In this document: positions 60,404 to 64,000 of the stretch, piece by piece
Layout of the letters: each line of letters begins with the position of its first letter
Position numbering within the stretch: position 1 is the stretch's first letter
DNA from: the human T2T-CHM13v2.0 reference genome, Homo sapiens
Assembly (NCBI RefSeq): GCF_009914755.1
Contig: NC_060941.1
Length of the DNA: 64,000 nucleotides
Strand: one strand, 5' to 3'
Translations under genes and position numbers: made by a program
Notes under the pieces: model-generated
Databases searched by the model: none
Seen by the model: the letters and a program-made list of their open reading frames with translations, nothing else
Told to the model about the DNA's origin: nothing

Positions 60404-62211
60404 CTCTCCTCGCACCCATATCCCATCCCCACCCCTGTATTTGGGATCCGCAAACAGGCACATTTTTGTTGACAGGCTGAAAGAGCATATCGTGCATGTT
60501 TATTTGTCATTTTAAACACCACCTTGTGTCTATTTATCTCTTCATATCCCATGTATCCATCTACCTGAAGGTGACAATAATCATTGCAATCCCATGATAA
60601 ACAAAACAGTTTTTCCACTAAATCCCTGTTCCTTTATGTGTCTGTTTTACAGATGTAGCCACCATTTTTATGACCTACAGAGTTTAATACTGCCCCAAGG
60701 TGTGTGATGCCCTTCATGACAGTTAAGCCATTCCAGGTCATGAGGCATGCCACATGTGGCTCTCAGTAACTGCATTTTGCAGCAATGGGGTACAGGATTC
60801 TGGAAGTTTTTAAAAGCTATTCTTCAACTTGTCTACTTTAATGAACTGGGACCTGAGTATCTTGTTGTTCACCATGTTTCTTACATGTTGTTAAAGCAAA
60901 ATGGTCTTAATGTTAACTGGCTGTTAAGTTCTAAGGTCCTAACATTAGTGAGGCTTTTTTGCCACCTAATGTGAATATTAGCTCAAAGATAATGGTGATT
61001 AATAACTGAATATCATACTGAAGGCTGATTTTGGGGGCACCACTATATGAAAGACTGAGCACTCTGATGGCTATAAAGAATTTTAAATTGTTCTGGTGCA
61101 TTTTCACTCTTTCTATATTATTCTGTTCAAGAACAGGAGGCTTTAAGTTGTATGTAGGATTTCCCTGCTACAAACATTGAATAATTTGTTTGAATATAAA
61201 AATATCTAAATACTAAAACAGCACATGGGAACAACATAAAGTCATATAAATTGCTATTGGGTACCATGGTCTAGACCTGGCTTGGCAAATAGATGCTCTC
61301 TGGTGTGGTGGTCCCAACTGACTGGAAGGGGCTGCCTGGAATGTACTATTTAAAGGATTCTGAGAGCAAGCTCAGAGGGAAAGGGTGCTGTGGTTGATGA
61401 ATGGTGGCACTGTTTACAAGGCACTGGGGTTAGGCAGTGCAATGACCGTTTAGAGATTATAGTGACTAGTTTATGTTCCTCTTTAATTTTTGAGGCCCTT
61501 CTAAAAGCACTTGGGAAGACCATTTTATAATTAAGATTAACATTTATCAAAGGATTACCTTTGGTCAGTTTGTATATAAATACAAAAGAAAGTATATTGA
61601 ACATGATTTGAAAACTTTAAAAGTTTATATATCACTTACTTTTTAATTATGGAACATTAAATAGCCAAAAGAAAGATAACACATTTTATAAAAATATATG
61701 ACCTATAGCTGAAATAGCAACTTTGTCCTATCTATGTTGAAAGTCAGTTTTTTATATTATTTGTGCAATAATTCACATGAACTATTTAAACACTTTTCAT
61801 TTAATAGGATGAATCTTTTTCCCTATAACATGTCATTCTTACCTACTAAGCTTAGTTCATTTACTTTATAACTAATTTATGACCACATAAATCAAAGTCA
61901 TAAACTTTAGCTATCCGTCAGATAATTAGAGGCCATTTTAAAATATGAAAACCTTGCACAATAAGGCACATTGTTTTTAATTGATCATTTCTACCCTGAT
62001 TTACAAATAGCAAATATTGTTTTATACTCAATTATAAGCACAGGGAAATATGTAAAATCTGGTTTCCAGTCCCGCCATACTGTCTGAACTAATCTAATAG
62101 TAACACTAAATATCAAAAGTGGCCTCATTCAATGTAATTCAATGTTCTTGTCCAGTAAAACCATAATGAATACATTGAGCTCCACTAATATTTAGAAACC
62201 TTCTGCCCCCC

Positions 62212-62511
62212 TTTTTTTTTTTTTTTTTTTTTTTGAGACAGGGTATTGCTCTGTCGCCCAGGCTGGAGTGCAGTGGCACAATCAGGGCTCACTGCAGCCT
62301 TGAACTCCTGGACTCAGGTGATCCTCCCACCTCAGCCTCTGGGTAGCTGGGAATATAGGTGCAAACCACCACCCCTGGCTAATTTTTTTCTTTTTTGTAG
62401 AAATGGGGTTTTGTCAAGTTGCCCAGGCTGGTCTCGAACTCCTGGACTCAAGCGATCCACCCCGGTCGCCTAAAGAGCTGGGATTACAGGCATAAGCCGC
62501 TGCACCTGGCC
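62212..62511 (-). mobile_element. AluJ
   Basis: Antisense dimer with long poly(T). Confidence 0.9.
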
Positions 62512-64000
62512 CCTCTGTCTTAATATAAATTAAATCTGTCAATTCAAATAAAGAGGTGATAATCATTTTAGGGAAAGATCCATTTTAATTTCTACATGGT
62601 AATGAAGCAGAAATGAAAATGCTGAAGCTTTGAAACAGGCAAAGGTCTGCTCCTATCACAGGAACAGCGCTCCTTTTTACCATGATCCCAATAGTGCATC
62701 CTGAAAGAAGGAGGAAAAAAGGACTGAAGATTTTTTTTTCCCAGTGGAACTAGTTGTGGGGCCAAGTAGAAACGCATCACTCAAATGCCTTAAAGCTGGG
62801 CCTCCATGAAGATAAAAAGGTGGAAAGAAAATTTGCTTTTTAGCTCTGATTTATTCATAAAGTGCAGTAAATTTTCCTCATCTGAGTATATAAAGGATAA
62901 AGAAAAAAGAAGCTGCATTGTTAAACAACCACAAGCCAGCTCGGATTAAAGGATGTTCTGAAGTACATGATTATTCCAAAAAGGGCAATAAAATGTAGGG
63001 AACTAATGGATGACAGTTTAGTATTTTTGAGCTTTACAAGCTAACATGTATATGTACGGGTCAACCTTAATTTGAAAATCTTCCTTTTGCACATTTCTGT
63101 TCCAGTACATTTGATAAAGATGGCTGCAATCCAACATGTATGTATAAGGCTTCACATTACAGTATACTTCATTTGCTGCCAGCTTGGCATCTCCCCTGGA
63201 AACTCCAAGAAAAACAACACAAAACAAGAAACTTCAAACAAGTCTGAAAAACAGCTAGAAGAGTCCCCATGCCCTTTCCAGCTGGGCTGGAAAACAAGAC
63301 TCACAAGCGGCAATATCACCTATATTCATGGCTGCTGGTTGTTACTTAAACTGATTAAATTGAATGACTCAAAAATATTTAAAATAACACCTTTCATAAG
63401 CATGACAGATGAATAAACTGCTTTGGCCTCTTCTTCACTTGACTTCTAAAACTAGTAGTCTCTGCTAAATTCTAGTTTAAAAATGGTAAACCCTGTAGAC
63501 AGGTAAACATTTGATACTTCAACAGTCAGAAAGAAATGCCCAGTAAAATGAAAATTAGTATTGGTCTTAATATTGAATATATGGTAATACTTCCCAAATT
63601 GATCTACAGATTCAACATAATCAATGCATGCAGGGCCACAAGCCAAGGAACTGGGGCAGTGTCTAGAAGATGGAAAAGGCAAGGAATGGATTATTCTCAT
63701 AAGCTCAATGAAACTATGATGATCCAAAACACTAAATCAGAAATTATTATCTTGCTACTAAGGGAAAAGCTTGAAACAGGTACGATAATAGCATAAAGAA
63801 GTTCTACAGAACTCTATTCTGACAAAGACCTTTTATTGTCAACAATGTAGGCTTACCCAGAGAGCTTGCCCACAGGGTCAAACACCAGTCTTAAAAAACC
63901 ATGCCTGTTGGTTGAAGCATGTTAGTTATAAATAGAAATGAGGAATCTTCTTAAACAATTCAAAAACCTCTTAAGAAGATATGGATGTCAGCTAGGACGT

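Noticed and set aside
62590-62725. Strong minus-strand acceptor (CCTTTTTTCCTCCTTCTTTCAG at 62701)
   Set aside because: Only weak donors follow, and no coiled-coil-like frame.

Overview
Hominid (very likely human) genomic DNA, almost entirely intronic and dominated by transposable elements. Two coding exons lie on the minus strand (58157-58292 and 24127-24234). They have canonical AG/GT ends, compatible phases and a 33.9-kb intron between them, and join into a coiled-coil peptide (EKEEQLTRVTEVQ...AEMKEQ|MEKVEADLTRSKSLREKQSKEFLWQLEDIRQRYEQQ) that I recognise from memory as CEP112 (CCDC46). The rest is L1 (a 5'-truncated L1PA, a full-length L1MA carrying five nested insertions including a full-length SVA, an internally deleted L1PB, an inverted L1 and old L1M pieces), Alus, L2/MIR/CR1, MaLR and MER52 LTRs, DNA-transposon MITEs and microsatellites. 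The most notable unexplained signal is a heavily decayed minus-strand retroviral gag-pro-pol fossil at about 3950-5620 whose motifs look class II (betaretrovirus-like). There are also two candidate stop-containing cryptic exons of the host gene. No prokaryotic, CRISPR, rRNA or tRNA features. Repeat subfamily names and protein comparisons come from recalled consensus sequences, not from searches.
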